A stretch of DNA of 64,000 nucleotides from Zoogloea sp. (GTDB taxonomy: Bacteria; Pseudomonadota; Gammaproteobacteria; Burkholderiales; Rhodocyclaceae): contig JAYRYA010000015.1 in NCBI GenBank assembly GCA_041917255.1, forward strand, positions 3,909 to 67,908. Direction: 5' to 3'. Shown in pieces: positions 29,167 through 39,151 of this stretch (the first letter of the stretch is position 1; every line of letters begins with the position of its first letter). The translations under genes and the position numbers were made by a program. The notes under the pieces are model-generated. The model made no database searches, was not told the DNA's origin, and saw only the letters and a program-made list of their open reading frames with translations.

Positions 29167-30369
29167 CTAGTCGGCCCTGTGCCGGGGGGTGAATTGCAGG
29201 AAGGTCAGCCAGAAACTGGCGACGATCAGCTCCATGCCGGTGATCCCGAGTGCGGTGGCCGGGATGGCTCGCCGCATGGTGTCCCTGGGGTCGAGGGCCG
29301 AAAAGCCGCCGACCTCCCAGCCGAGCAGCGTCTGCAGAGCGAGGCCGAGGGCGCACAGGATCAGCGTCGCGGCGGCCAGCAGGCCCAGCTCCAGCCGGAA
29401 GCGTGATGTCAGCCAGCGTGTGAGCCTGGACTCCGGCAGCATGCCAAGGCGGCTGCCGGTGCAGCGCATGAGCACGCCGAACAGAAGCATCTGGGTGCCG
29501 ACCACGCTGGCCGCAGAAGCGTAGAGGAGTGAGTGGATGTCGAAGCCAATGCCTCCCACCACGCGCGTGCCTGGCAATAGCCAGAGGCTGCCGGCGAGCC
29601 CGCTGATGAACAGGAGCAGTCCGGGATAGAAGAAGAGCCAGCGCGGCGAGAACAACAGCATGTAGCGCAGGTGCCGCCAGCCGTCGCGCCAACTCCTCAG
29701 GTGGGGCGGGCGGTCCCGGCCGTCGGGGCGCAGCGTGGTGGGAATCTCGGTGATCGTGAGCCCTGCCATCGCCGCCTTGATGACCATCTCGCTGGCGAAC
29801 TCCATGCCGGAGGTCTGCAGCGCCAGATCACGGATGGCCTGTGTACGGAATCCACGCATGCCGCAGTGGAAGTCCCGCACCGGGATGCGGAACAGGCGTC
29901 TGCCGATGAAGCTGAGCACGGGGTTGCCGAGGTAGCGGTGGAGGGGCGGCATGGCACCGGGCGCGATCCCGCCCGCGAAGCGGTTGCCCATCACGAGATC
30001 GTGCCCGTGCCTCAGGGCCATGTAGAAGGGGTCGATCGCCTCGAACGCGTAGCTGTCGTCGGCATCAGCCATGATGGTGTACCGACCTCGTGCGGCCTCG
30101 ATCCCTGCGCGAAGCGCGGCGCCGTAGCCGCGGACAGGCACGTCGATGACGCGTGCCCCAGCGGCCCGGGCGATGGCTTGGGAGCCGTCGGTCGAGCCGT
30201 TGTCGGCCACCACGATCTCGTGCGGGACGCCCATCCTGGCGAGGCTGATCCGGGCTTTGGCGATGCATGCGCCAAGGGTGACGGCCTCATTCAGGCAGGG
30301 CATCAGCACCGTGATTTCGCAGGTGTCGGAGGCCGAACTGGCCCGTATGTCTGACTGGGTTTCCTGCAT
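29167..30369 (-). CDS. GT2 polyprenyl-phosphate glycosyltransferase with C-terminal TMs
   Basis: MPCLNEA, DNGSTDGS, GYGAAL, MADADDSY, DFHCGMRGF. Confidence 0.9.
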   Translation of the reverse strand: MQETQSDIRASSASDTCEITVLMPCLNEAVTLGACIAKARISLARMGVPHEIVVADNGSTDGSQAIARAAGARVIDVPVRGYGAALRAGIEAARGRYTIMADADDSYAFEAIDPFYMALRHGHDLVMGNRFAGGIAPGAMPPLHRYLGNPVLSFIGRRLFRIPVRDFHCGMRGFRTQAIRDLALQTSGMEFASEMVIKAAMAGLTITEIPTTLRPDGRDRPPHLRSWRDGWRHLRYMLLFSPRWLFFYPGLLLFISGLAGSLWLLPGTRVVGGIGFDIHSLLYASAASVVGTQMLLFGVLMRCTGSRLGMLPESRLTRWLTSRFRLELGLLAAATLILCALGLALQTLLGWEVGGFSALDPRDTMRRAIPATALGITGMELIVASFWLTFLQFTPRHRAD

Positions 30370-30908
30370 GGATCGGGAGACCTTGATGGGTGGAAGAGGG
30401 ACGGCGCCCGGGTAAGCAGCGTGCCGGTCTGATCGGCAGGAATGACGCGGGAAGCGAGATTACAGGGAATGCCGGCAGGGCGTCAAAGTATGCCCTTCGA
30501 CTTGTGTCGAGCGGGAGCCCCGGTTGTTCGGATTGACAAAAGCCAGTCGAATCAATACAATGCGTTTTGTGTGCAATGCAGCACACATTTTTTTGAGTCG
30601 TTTTTTGTAAAACGTCGGCGCAGAAACCGCCGCATGGCCGGGCATCCCAAGCCGGTCACTGACCAAAACTCTGGTCTGGTTTCAGCGTCCTTTTTTGGCA
30701 CGCTGCCTGGTTGCACCAGCGTGTTTGGATCAACCCCTGGCGACCTAGTCTTTCGAGTGCCGTCGGCCGGTTTTTTTGGCTGACGAGTTGAACCCGGCCC
30801 TGCTTTTCGAGGGCTGTCGGGTGATACAAGCGGAGCATCGCTTCCCGTTTTTTCAGGGGCGATCTTTCGTGCGCGCTTGCCTGACTGTGGCCACAGAAAG
30901 GAGAGCCC

Positions 30909-31607
30909 ATGTTCGCAACTCGTATCACGAAGTACGCACGTCACGCGGCTTCATTCATGCTTCACTTCGCCCACGGCGGTTTGCTCGTCGCTGGCCTTAT
31001 CGTCACTCTTTTTGTCGCCTCGCGGATCGCCAATCACGGCGTTCAGGGTCTTTCCCTCGGTAGTCTCACGGGTGGTGCTGCCACCACGGCCGCCGTTGAA
31101 GAGATCGAGCCGGAAGTCGTGGAAGTCGCTGACACCACGGCAACCAAGCTCAGCCCCGACCTGCAGCGCGTCAAGACCTACATCGCCAAGCGCTACCAGG
31201 TCTCCGCGGTTGCAGTCGAGCCGCTGCTGGCCTCGGCCCAGCAGACTGGCCGCAGTGTCGGCGTCGACCCGCTGCTGCTGGTGGCCGTGATGGCCATCGA
31301 GTCGCGGTTCAACCCCTTTGCCGAAAGCCCGATGGGGGCTCAGGGCCTGATGCAGGTCATCCCCAAGTGGCATCCGGACAAGATCGACGTCAAGTCCGAC
31401 AAGGGCGCGATGTTCGATCCGGATACCAACATCCGTGTCGGCGCCCTGGTGCTCAAGGAGTACATCCAGAGCACGGGCTCGGTCGAGCGGGCCCTCCAGC
31501 AGTACAACGGATCCAGCGATCCCACCGCGCCCTACGCCAACAAGGTGATGGCGGTGAAGGCCGCCCTGAGCCAGGCCGCCCGCGGCGGCAAGTTCTTCGG
31601 CGTCTGA
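30909..31607 (+). CDS. Lytic transglycosylase (SLT domain)
   Basis: AVMAIESRFNP, GAQGLMQV, NIRVG, ALQQYNG. Confidence 0.92.
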   Translation: MFATRITKYARHAASFMLHFAHGGLLVAGLIVTLFVASRIANHGVQGLSLGSLTGGAATTAAVEEIEPEVVEVADTTATKLSPDLQRVKTYIAKRYQVSAVAVEPLLASAQQTGRSVGVDPLLLVAVMAIESRFNPFAESPMGAQGLMQVIPKWHPDKIDVKSDKGAMFDPDTNIRVGALVLKEYIQSTGSVERALQQYNGSSDPTAPYANKVMAVKAALSQAARGGKFFGV

Positions 31608-31715
31608 TCCGTTGTTTTGCAGCCTGCCGTCAGGCAGGTGCGTGTCTCTTCCTTTCTGCCGATCCCCCTCCGCGCCCCCGCAACAGGCGCCGGAGGGTGA
31701 TGCGTCTGCCGCTGC

Positions 31716-32870
31716 CTATAGCACGCGGCGGATGCGTTCGGCGGCTTCTACCAGCCGGGCTTCGTCGGTGGTGTAGGCAATGCGCAGGTGACGCTCTGGC
31801 GCATTGTCCCCAAAGTCGATTCCCGGGGTGGTGGCCACGCCGGCTTCTTCGATGAGCCGCTGGGCGAGTTCCTCGCTGCTGGCGGCGATGTCCGAGATGT
31901 CGGCGTAGAGATAGAAGGCACCCTGGGGTTCCGTCGCAAAGCGGAAGCCGATGTCGCGAAGCGCAGGCAACAGCGCATTGCGACGGTCGGCAAACGCGTG
32001 GCGACGGGCTTCCAGGATTTCCAGCGTGCCCGGCTCGAAGGCCGCCAGTGCCGCATGCTGGGCCGGGGTCGACGGCGAGATGAAGAAGTGCTGGGCGAGC
32101 TTCTCGATGTCCCGCACGTAGCCTTCGGGCACCACCATCCAGCCAAGCCGCCAGCCGGTCATCCCGAAATACTTCGAAAAGCTGTTCACCACGAACACGT
32201 CATCGGCACGGCTGAGGGCGGTGCTCGCCTCGATGCCGTAGTTCAGGCCCTGATAGATCTCGTCCACGATCAGCACGCCGCCCTGGGCGGCTACCGTATC
32301 GCGCAGGGCGACGATCTCGTCGAGGTTGAGGAGCGTCCCGGTTGGATTGGCTGGCGAGGCAACCATCAGCCCGCGGGTGTTGGGCGTCCAGGCCGCGGCG
32401 ACGTGGGCCGGCGTGGGCTGGAAGCGGGTGCTGGCATCCACCGGCAGCGCCACCGGCTTGCCCTCGAAGCTGCGCACCAGATGGCGGTTGGACGGATAGC
32501 CCGGATCGGGCAGCAGCCATTCGTCGCCCGGATCGGTGAGCACGCCCAGGGCCAGCATCAGCGCGCCGGACGCGCCGGGGGTGACGATGATGCGCTCCGG
32601 CGCCACGTCGGCGCCGAAGCGGTCGTGGTAGAAGCGGGCGATGGCCTCGCGGAGCGCGGTAAGTCCCAGGGCCGGCGTGTAATGCACGTGGCCGCTGGTG
32701 AGGAAGCGGCGGCCAGCCTCGACGATGGGGGCGGGGCTCGGGAAATCCGGCTCGCCGACCTCCAGGTGGATGATGTCGCGGCCTTCGGCGGCCAGGGCGT
32801 GGGCGCGCTTGAGGATCTCCATCACGTGGAAGGGCTGGATGTCGGCCATGCGGCGGGCGATTCGGGTCAT
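31716..32870 (-). CDS. PLP-dependent class I/II aminotransferase
   Basis: GEPDF, SPANPTG, DEIY, SFSKYFGMTGWRLG. Confidence 0.93.
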   Translation of the reverse strand: MTRIARRMADIQPFHVMEILKRAHALAAEGRDIIHLEVGEPDFPSPAPIVEAGRRFLTSGHVHYTPALGLTALREAIARFYHDRFGADVAPERIIVTPGASGALMLALGVLTDPGDEWLLPDPGYPSNRHLVRSFEGKPVALPVDASTRFQPTPAHVAAAWTPNTRGLMVASPANPTGTLLNLDEIVALRDTVAAQGGVLIVDEIYQGLNYGIEASTALSRADDVFVVNSFSKYFGMTGWRLGWMVVPEGYVRDIEKLAQHFFISPSTPAQHAALAAFEPGTLEILEARRHAFADRRNALLPALRDIGFRFATEPQGAFYLYADISDIAASSEELAQRLIEEAGVATTPGIDFGDNAPERHLRIAYTTDEARLVEAAERIRRVL

Positions 32871-32946
32871 CGCGAAGTCCTGATCTGAAGCACTGGGCAA
32901 TCGGCCATTGTAGGCCAGTGCCCGCCGCCGACGCGACCCGGCGGGA

Positions 32947-33681
32947 TCAGAACAGCGTGGTGAGACGAAGCCAGCCTTCCGGTAACACGTCGATCACCCG
33001 TGCTTCCAGCCATTTGTCGGCGCCGGTCAGGATGGCGATGCCGGCCAGGCCGATCAGCACGCCAAACATCTTCTTCATGCTGTCGCCCTGTGTGAGGACC
33101 CACCCTCGCACGCGCGTCAGGCTTGCGCGCGAAGCGTAGGCGACGGCGACGAGCGGAATGGCGGCGCCGAGGCCAAAGATCCCGAGTATCAGCGCTCCCC
33201 GGCCTGCGCCGCCCTCACTTGCGACCAGTGTCAGCGCCGATGCGAGCAGCGGGCCTGAGCACGGGCTCCACACCAGCCCGAGCACCCCGCCGAGCAGCAG
33301 CGCGCTGCCCAGAGAACCGCCGTCGAGCCGGCTCGACGCCGCATTGGCCGACGAGGCGACAGGCAGCAGCAGCCGGCTGAAACGCGCACCCAGGGCGGGC
33401 ACCAGCATCACCAGTGCAAAGGCGAGGAGCAGCACGGCGCCAACGGTTCGCACGCTGTCCGGATCGATGCCCAACGCCGGCCCGAGGGCGCCGACCAGCA
33501 GGCCGATTCCGGCGAACGATGCCGCCATGCCGGCACCCATCGCCAGTGGTGCCAGCCGGTTGGACTGCATCGCACCGCCGACCACCAGCGGCAGCACCGG
33601 GAAAACGCAGGGGGAGAGGGTCGTCAAGCTGCCGGCGACGAGGCTGAGGCCGAGCTGGGGCAGGGAAAGGGCGGCATCCAT
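32947..33681 (-). CDS. ccdA: CcdA/DsbD-like cytochrome c biogenesis protein
   Basis: LSPCVFP and WSPCSGP. Confidence 0.85.
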   Translation of the reverse strand: MDAALSLPQLGLSLVAGSLTTLSPCVFPVLPLVVGGAMQSNRLAPLAMGAGMAASFAGIGLLVGALGPALGIDPDSVRTVGAVLLLAFALVMLVPALGARFSRLLLPVASSANAASSRLDGGSLGSALLLGGVLGLVWSPCSGPLLASALTLVASEGGAGRGALILGIFGLGAAIPLVAVAYASRASLTRVRGWVLTQGDSMKKMFGVLIGLAGIAILTGADKWLEARVIDVLPEGWLRLTTLF

Positions 33682-33691
33682 GATCGTGCCC

Positions 33692-34096
33692 TCATTTGGC
33701 AGGCGAAAGCGCTGAGCGCAGCGCTGCACGTAGTCGGTCGGCGTCGGTCTCGCCGGCCAGGCGCGCCGTTTCGGCGGTGCCTCGCCAGACGATCAGGGTG
33801 GATTGGGTTCGCACGCCGAGCTTTTGCCGGAGGGCGCGCTCGCTGTCGTAATCTGCAACAAGCAGTGGGAGGGGCAGGCTGGCATCGGGCTTGAGGCTGT
33901 CGAAGACCTTGGCCTGGGCGCGGCAGGTGGGGCACCACGGGGCGTGGAAGTGCAGGGCGACTGGCTTGCCGGCCGACTGAGCGGCGGCGAGGGCTTCGGC
34001 GGAGTAGGGCTGGACATCCAGCGCGTGGGCGGCCAGCGGTGCCAGCAGGCAGGCCAGGGCGGTGACAAGACGAGGGGTCGGGGTGAGGCGATTCAT
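33692..34096 (-). CDS. Periplasmic thioredoxin
   Basis: Signal peptide; FHAPWCPTC. Confidence 0.88.
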   Translation of the reverse strand: MNRLTPTPRLVTALACLLAPLAAHALDVQPYSAEALAAAQSAGKPVALHFHAPWCPTCRAQAKVFDSLKPDASLPLPLLVADYDSERALRQKLGVRTQSTLIVWRGTAETARLAGETDADRLRAALRSALSPAK

Positions 34097-34177
34097 GGCG
34101 GGCTCCGGGTGACATGCGGATGTGCATGTCGAATTGGTCGGAGCTGGCACCGGATTCTTACAGTAGCCTGGCGGATT

Positions 34178-34876
34178 TCAGTCGATATCCGGCCAGCCGG
34201 CGGGGCGCTGGTGCCAGTCGAGCTGACGCCGGGCAAGGTCGAAGCTCGCCAGGGTGGTGAGCGAACCACCGATCTCCGGTGCCGCGTAGCACGTCAGGCA
34301 GATGCGCTCGACACGGCACGTCAGGGCGGGCGCGCCAAAGGCATCGAGCCGCAGCTGGATGGGGGCGGTGGGCCAGGCGCCGGCATAAAGGCCTACGGTG
34401 ACATGGGGCGTATAGCGTCCACCGGGCTCGTCGTGGTCGCCGGCCAGGGCGCAGCGTAGGTGGTGGATGCCGCCGGCAGGGTCGGCCACCGACAGGTAGG
34501 GCGCCGAGCTGAAGCTCGCCAGCCCGCCGATGGTCAGATCAAAAGGCGCCGGCGAGCCGGCGGTCAGTGCCGCAAGCTGGGCTGCCAGGTGAGCGGGGCT
34601 GTAGTCATCGGGCTGCTGCGGGGCAGTCGTTGGGAAGCCGCACAGGGCCAGCGTGATGTGGGGCTGGCGGCGATAGCCGTCGAGCAGAAGCCCGCCCAGA
34701 TGGGCCTCGGCCCCCGCAACCGCATGGCGCACCTCGGGCAGATCCACATCCACCGCCCACAGGGCGTAATGGGGGCGGCCCAGATGCCATTCGGGAAAAT
34801 CCCGGCGCACGTTGGGCAAGGTTTGCCCGGCGGCAAGGAAAGCCGCCCGGACATCGTCGAGGGTGTGATCAGGCAA
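34178..34876 (-). CDS. 2H phosphoesterase (2'-5' RNA ligase family)
   Basis: Two HxT motifs, PHITL and PHVTV. Confidence 0.8.
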   Translation of the reverse strand: MPDHTLDDVRAAFLAAGQTLPNVRRDFPEWHLGRPHYALWAVDVDLPEVRHAVAGAEAHLGGLLLDGYRRQPHITLALCGFPTTAPQQPDDYSPAHLAAQLAALTAGSPAPFDLTIGGLASFSSAPYLSVADPAGGIHHLRCALAGDHDEPGGRYTPHVTVGLYAGAWPTAPIQLRLDAFGAPALTCRVERICLTCYAAPEIGGSLTTLASFDLARRQLDWHQRPAGWPDID

Positions 34877-34910
34877 TGGCGTCCGGGCAGCGTTGGTGGG
34901 CTCAGCGGGT

Positions 34911-35282
34911 TCAGTGGGCCGACGGGAAGCGCTCGCACAGCCGGCTGCGCGGTTCGGGCAGGGTCTGGCCCTTGGCCTTGGCCCGTTCGGCCATCTCTGC
35001 GTGGTGTTCGGTGAGGTAGGCCAGGCATTCCTCCCGCGACTGCATGCCGCGCATCCGATCCCGGTGGGCCCGACGTTCGTCGGGCGTCATCAGCGCCAAT
35101 CCTGGCGTGTTGCGTCGGTTTGCCCGCCACTGACAGGTGGTGGGTGGCGTGTCTTGCGCCCCTGTTGCACACGGGCCCGACCGGGCGCCTCCACCCATCC
35201 CCGGCCCGGGTTGTGCCCAGGCGAGGGTGCCGATCAGAAGACCGGCGGCGGTCAGTGCGATGCGATTCGTGAAGATGTGCAT
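34911..35282 (-). CDS. Small secreted protein (LMTPDERRAHRDRM motif)
   Basis: Signal peptide AWA-Q; AGGAG RBS. Confidence 0.7.
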   Translation of the reverse strand: MHIFTNRIALTAAGLLIGTLAWAQPGPGMGGGARSGPCATGAQDTPPTTCQWRANRRNTPGLALMTPDERRAHRDRMRGMQSREECLAYLTEHHAEMAERAKAKGQTLPEPRSRLCERFPSAH

Positions 35283-35394
35283 GTGTGTTCTCCTGAGCGG
35301 ATGGCCTGCCGGGCAAGACGATGTGCCGACACAAGACCCACCCGGAACGAATCTTAGCCCAGCCTGGATTTGTGCTGGGGCCATGGTCGCGCGG

Positions 35395-36282
35395 TCATCC
35401 ACGTGCAGAAGCTTGGGTCGCCAGCTTCTCGATGCAGAAGATTGCCCGTTGCACGGCAGCGTCTTCGAGGATCCGCGGCCGCTTGACGAAAAGCCAGGCG
35501 GAGTTCTTGGGGTTGATCACGCGAACCATGTTGTCGGTGATGCGCGCCGTGTTCTCCACGTACCAGCCCGGCAATGCCAGCACCGGAAACACCGGGAATG
35601 TTTCGCCCGTGGCGGCTTTCAGGTGGCGGGAGAGCCAGTCGGCCTGTCGCCGGGCCTGTTCGATGGGTGCGGTCTCGACCCAGCCGGGAAAGCTCAGGGC
35701 GGTGCCGTCGTATGCGACTTTCACCGCATCGGTGCCGCTGCCCGAAGGCGGTTTGAGGCGCGACTTGGTCTCGACGGCAAAGATGCCAGCCGGTGTGATC
35801 ACCACGTGATCGATGTTGAAGTCCTTCGCGCCGATGTCGTGGACGATGCGGTTGTTGCCGGCAAGCACCTCGGAGAGTTCCTGCGCGCTAGCCTGCTCCG
35901 CGCGGACACCCTGTTTCATGCCGCGCAGGTCGGGCACCTTGCGGACAATGCGCCAGGTGAGGACCACTGTGGCAGACAGGCCCACGATCAGGTTGATCGT
36001 GTCCATGGTTTTCCAGATCCACCCGGTCTCCGGCACCAGGCGCTGAAGCATCACGACGCTCAGTATCCAGCCGATCATCGCAATCCAGGCCATCTTGGTG
36101 ACGACGTCCTCAATGCCTTCTTCACGCCGGGCCTGGGTGCTGGCGCCCGGGAGGTGGCGCAGTTCGGAGGTCAGCGGATCGCGTCTCGGGCTCCGCTCGA
36201 GCCACCACAACTGGAGAAAGACTGCACCCATAAGGATGAGCATCGGGAGGGATGTGAGGAGAACGACGGCAAGGGTGATCAT
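35395..36282 (-). CDS. Membrane-anchored NERD nuclease-related protein
   Basis: TM helices then G..AEQ, NIDHVVITPAGIFAVETK, QARRQA. Confidence 0.85.
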   Translation of the reverse strand: MITLAVVLLTSLPMLILMGAVFLQLWWLERSPRRDPLTSELRHLPGASTQARREEGIEDVVTKMAWIAMIGWILSVVMLQRLVPETGWIWKTMDTINLIVGLSATVVLTWRIVRKVPDLRGMKQGVRAEQASAQELSEVLAGNNRIVHDIGAKDFNIDHVVITPAGIFAVETKSRLKPPSGSGTDAVKVAYDGTALSFPGWVETAPIEQARRQADWLSRHLKAATGETFPVFPVLALPGWYVENTARITDNMVRVINPKNSAWLFVKRPRILEDAAVQRAIFCIEKLATQASARG

Positions 36283-36553
36283 GACCTTCAGGTTGCGCTG
36301 GAAATGACGGGAATCTATGCCGTCGGTGCGGCAAGGGGCGAGCGTCACGAGGTGCAAGTCGTCCTTGCCGTGGAGAGGGCTGTAACCTAACCTCATAGCA
36401 CGGAGACGCGTTCAGCAAGCTTTGAAGTCCGTTGACCTGTTTCTTCCTGGCCCGTCCTGGGCATCTTCCGTCATTCGTCTCCGTGTCGATCCGATCAATC
36501 AGAGGGCCTGCAGTGCCCGGCTGGCGCGCGGGTTCGTGAAGGAGGGTGATGTC

Positions 36554-38365
36554 ATGCGCGAATATCGTCATGTGTCCCTTACGGGGGACGTTCGGCACAT
36601 CTACCAACAGGCTGCGAAGAGCGAGGATGGGGAGCGCTGCATGGTGGCGCCGTGCCCGGATCTGGCCGACAAGCTGAAGAAGGAGCTGACCGCGATGCGC
36701 AGCAAGGCCAAGGATTTCATGGCCTCGTTCCAGCTGCGGGCATCCGAGCCCCGTTCGGACGGCTTCAACGATGGCCTGATCATCCCGCCGGAAGAGTTTC
36801 CACTGGGTTCGGCGCCGAGCCGCATCCGCGGTGCGGCTGCCGAGCGGGCACCGCTGCGCGGCGTGGTGCGGGTGATCGTGGTGCTGGTGGATTTCACGGA
36901 CAAGCCGATGGCCCAGACGGTCGCCCACTTCGACAAGCTGTTCTTCTCGACCGGTGCGATCCCCACCAAGAGCGTGCGGGAGTACTTCACCGATGTGACC
37001 CGTGGCCTGGTGAACATCCAGGGGCAGGTGGTCGGGCCGTTCCGCATGCCGAAGACCCTCGCCCAGTATGCCCACGGCGCGTCAGGCACCGGGCCGACCC
37101 TGCCCAACGCCCGAACGATGGCGAAGGATGCGGTGCTGGCGGCCAACGCCAGCGTCAATTTCGGGCTGTATGACAACGATGGCAACGGCTACGTGGATGC
37201 CTTCATCGTCGTCCATGCCGGCGCAGGTGCCGAGGTGACCGGCAAGTCCGGCGACATCTGGTCGCACAAATGGACGCTGGATGGTGGCGCCATGAGCGTC
37301 GATGGCACCAAGGTGTATGCCTACCTGACGGTGCCCGAGGATTCGAAGATCGGCGTGTGCTGCCACGAGCTGGGCCACCTGCTGTTCGGTTTCCCGGATC
37401 TGTACGACACCGACTACACCTCGGAAGGCATCGGCAACTGGTGCCTGATGGCGGGCGGGAGTTGGGGCGGCGGCGGTAACACGCCGGTGCATCCGTCGGC
37501 CTGGTGCAAGGCCAACCAGGGCTGGGCGAGTGTGGTCAATGTGACGAGCAACGGCAGCAAGAACATCGCCGACGTGAAGGATTCCGGCGTTGTGTACCGG
37601 ATGTGGAAGGGCGGCGCGGCAAGCAGCGAATACTTCCTCGTCGAGAACCGCCAGAAATCCGGCTTCGACGCGTCGCTGCCGGCGGGCGGGCTGCTGATCT
37701 GGCACGTGGACGACAGCGTGTCCAGCAACACCAACGAGGCCCATTACAAGGTGGCGCTGATGCAGGCCGACGGCCTGCGCGACATGGAACTGGACCACAA
37801 CCGGGGTGATGGCGGCGATCCCTTCCCGGGCACGTCGGGCAATACCACCTTCAACAACACCTCCAACCCCAGCTCCAAGAGCTACGCAGGCGCCAACACC
37901 TGTGTGGCGGTGACCGGCATCGGCGCCTCGGCACCGGTGATGAGTGCCAACCTGCGGGTGAAGTGCACCGTCGTGAAACCGAAGAAGGAAGTGGCCATCG
38001 ACAAGAGCGTGGCGCTGGACAAGACAGCGGCGAGCGAAAAGCTGGTCGAGAAGAAGATCGAGAAGGGCCCAGACAAGCCGGTGATCGACAAGTCGGCGGC
38101 CTTCGACAAGGGCACCTCCGAGAAGCTGGTGGAGGGCAAGCTCGCCGAGAAACCGGGGCTCGGTGCCCGGTCTGCCGATTTTGGCTCGCTGGAAGCGCGC
38201 ATCGCCCAGCTGGAAGCCCTGCTGATGGCCGGTCAGGCGCCGCAGCCCTTCATCTCGCGGGAGCTGCGGCCGGATCTCTCGGGTAGTGCGTATTCCGAGG
38301 AGGACAACGAGGACGACCCTACCTCGGGCAGCAGCAAGCGCCTGCTGGACCGGCCGGCCGAGTAA
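36554..38365 (+). CDS. M6 (immune inhibitor A-like) metalloprotease with Lys/Asp/Glu repeat tail
   Basis: VVLVDFTD, YDNDGNGYVD, HAGAG.E, IWSH, HELGH..FGFPDLYD, W.LM..GSW, EYFLVENRQ; GGAGGG RBS before ATG 36554. Confidence 0.9.
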   Translation: MREYRHVSLTGDVRHIYQQAAKSEDGERCMVAPCPDLADKLKKELTAMRSKAKDFMASFQLRASEPRSDGFNDGLIIPPEEFPLGSAPSRIRGAAAERAPLRGVVRVIVVLVDFTDKPMAQTVAHFDKLFFSTGAIPTKSVREYFTDVTRGLVNIQGQVVGPFRMPKTLAQYAHGASGTGPTLPNARTMAKDAVLAANASVNFGLYDNDGNGYVDAFIVVHAGAGAEVTGKSGDIWSHKWTLDGGAMSVDGTKVYAYLTVPEDSKIGVCCHELGHLLFGFPDLYDTDYTSEGIGNWCLMAGGSWGGGGNTPVHPSAWCKANQGWASVVNVTSNGSKNIADVKDSGVVYRMWKGGAASSEYFLVENRQKSGFDASLPAGGLLIWHVDDSVSSNTNEAHYKVALMQADGLRDMELDHNRGDGGDPFPGTSGNTTFNNTSNPSSKSYAGANTCVAVTGIGASAPVMSANLRVKCTVVKPKKEVAIDKSVALDKTAASEKLVEKKIEKGPDKPVIDKSAAFDKGTSEKLVEGKLAEKPGLGARSADFGSLEARIAQLEALLMAGQAPQPFISRELRPDLSGSAYSEEDNEDDPTSGSSKRLLDRPAE

Positions 38366-38377
38366 GGTGGCCGGCGC

Positions 38378-39151
38378 ATGTCCCCGTTTGACCGGGTAGC
38401 CCTGATCCTGGCCGGCGCCCATGACGTGTCAGCCCACGTCGTGGGCGCCGGGCTTGCTGCGCGGGGGCATCGGGTGGTGTCAGCGGGGCTGGCCGAGCTG
38501 TCGGTGGCCCGCTGGCTTCACGTGCCGGAGCGGGATGGCACGACGATTGAGCTGCCGGACGGGCGCTGCCTTGACGACAGCCGGATCGGCGTGGTGCTGC
38601 ATCGTCTCGATGCCGCGCTGCCGCCGGCTTTCGCCCACGCCACCCCTGAGGACCGGGACTACGCTGCCGCAGAATTCTCGGCGCTCCTTGCCAGCTGGCT
38701 GCACGGGTTGGCGGCGCCGGTGGCCAACCTGCCGGCAGGCGAGAACGCCTGGGCGGCGTCGCTGCATCCGCTGGGCTGGCACGCGGTGGCTGCGGCCCAC
38801 GGGCTGTCGGCGGGGGATTTCGTGGTGGCGTCGTCGGTGCGCGGTGGCGCGTGTGGCGGGCTCGAACGGGTAGGTGCCGGCTTTCCCAAAGGCAGCGACG
38901 TGGCAGGCTGGTATCGGCCTGGCCCTGAGGCCGGGGTGCTGACCTGGGCGTGGGTGTTCGGCCCCCGCTGTGTCGGGCTGGCGGACACGGCACTGGCGGC
39001 CCGCTGCGTGGCCTTCGTGGCGGCGCTGGGGCTGGGCTACGCGGCGCTGGGCTTTGCCGGCGACGTGCTGTGGGAAGTGGAGCCCCGGCCGTCGTTTGAC
39101 GACGAGGTCGTGGCCGAGGCCTGCATCGACTGGCTGGAGGCGGCGCTGTGA
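38378..39151 (+). CDS. Degenerate ATP-grasp-like protein
   Basis: DRDYAAAEFSALLASWL...PVAN resembles the pre-grasp segment of MvdD-type ligases; eroded C-terminal ALGL.YAAL...WEVEPRP. Confidence 0.55.
   Translation: MSPFDRVALILAGAHDVSAHVVGAGLAARGHRVVSAGLAELSVARWLHVPERDGTTIELPDGRCLDDSRIGVVLHRLDAALPPAFAHATPEDRDYAAAEFSALLASWLHGLAAPVANLPAGENAWAASLHPLGWHAVAAAHGLSAGDFVVASSVRGGACGGLERVGAGFPKGSDVAGWYRPGPEAGVLTWAWVFGPRCVGLADTALAARCVAFVAALGLGYAALGFAGDVLWEVEPRPSFDDEVVAEACIDWLEAAL

Noticed and set aside
36422-36553. Upstream TTG extension of the M6 protease
   Set aside because: ATG 36554 has a strong GGAGGG RBS, and the extension is not signal-peptide-like.
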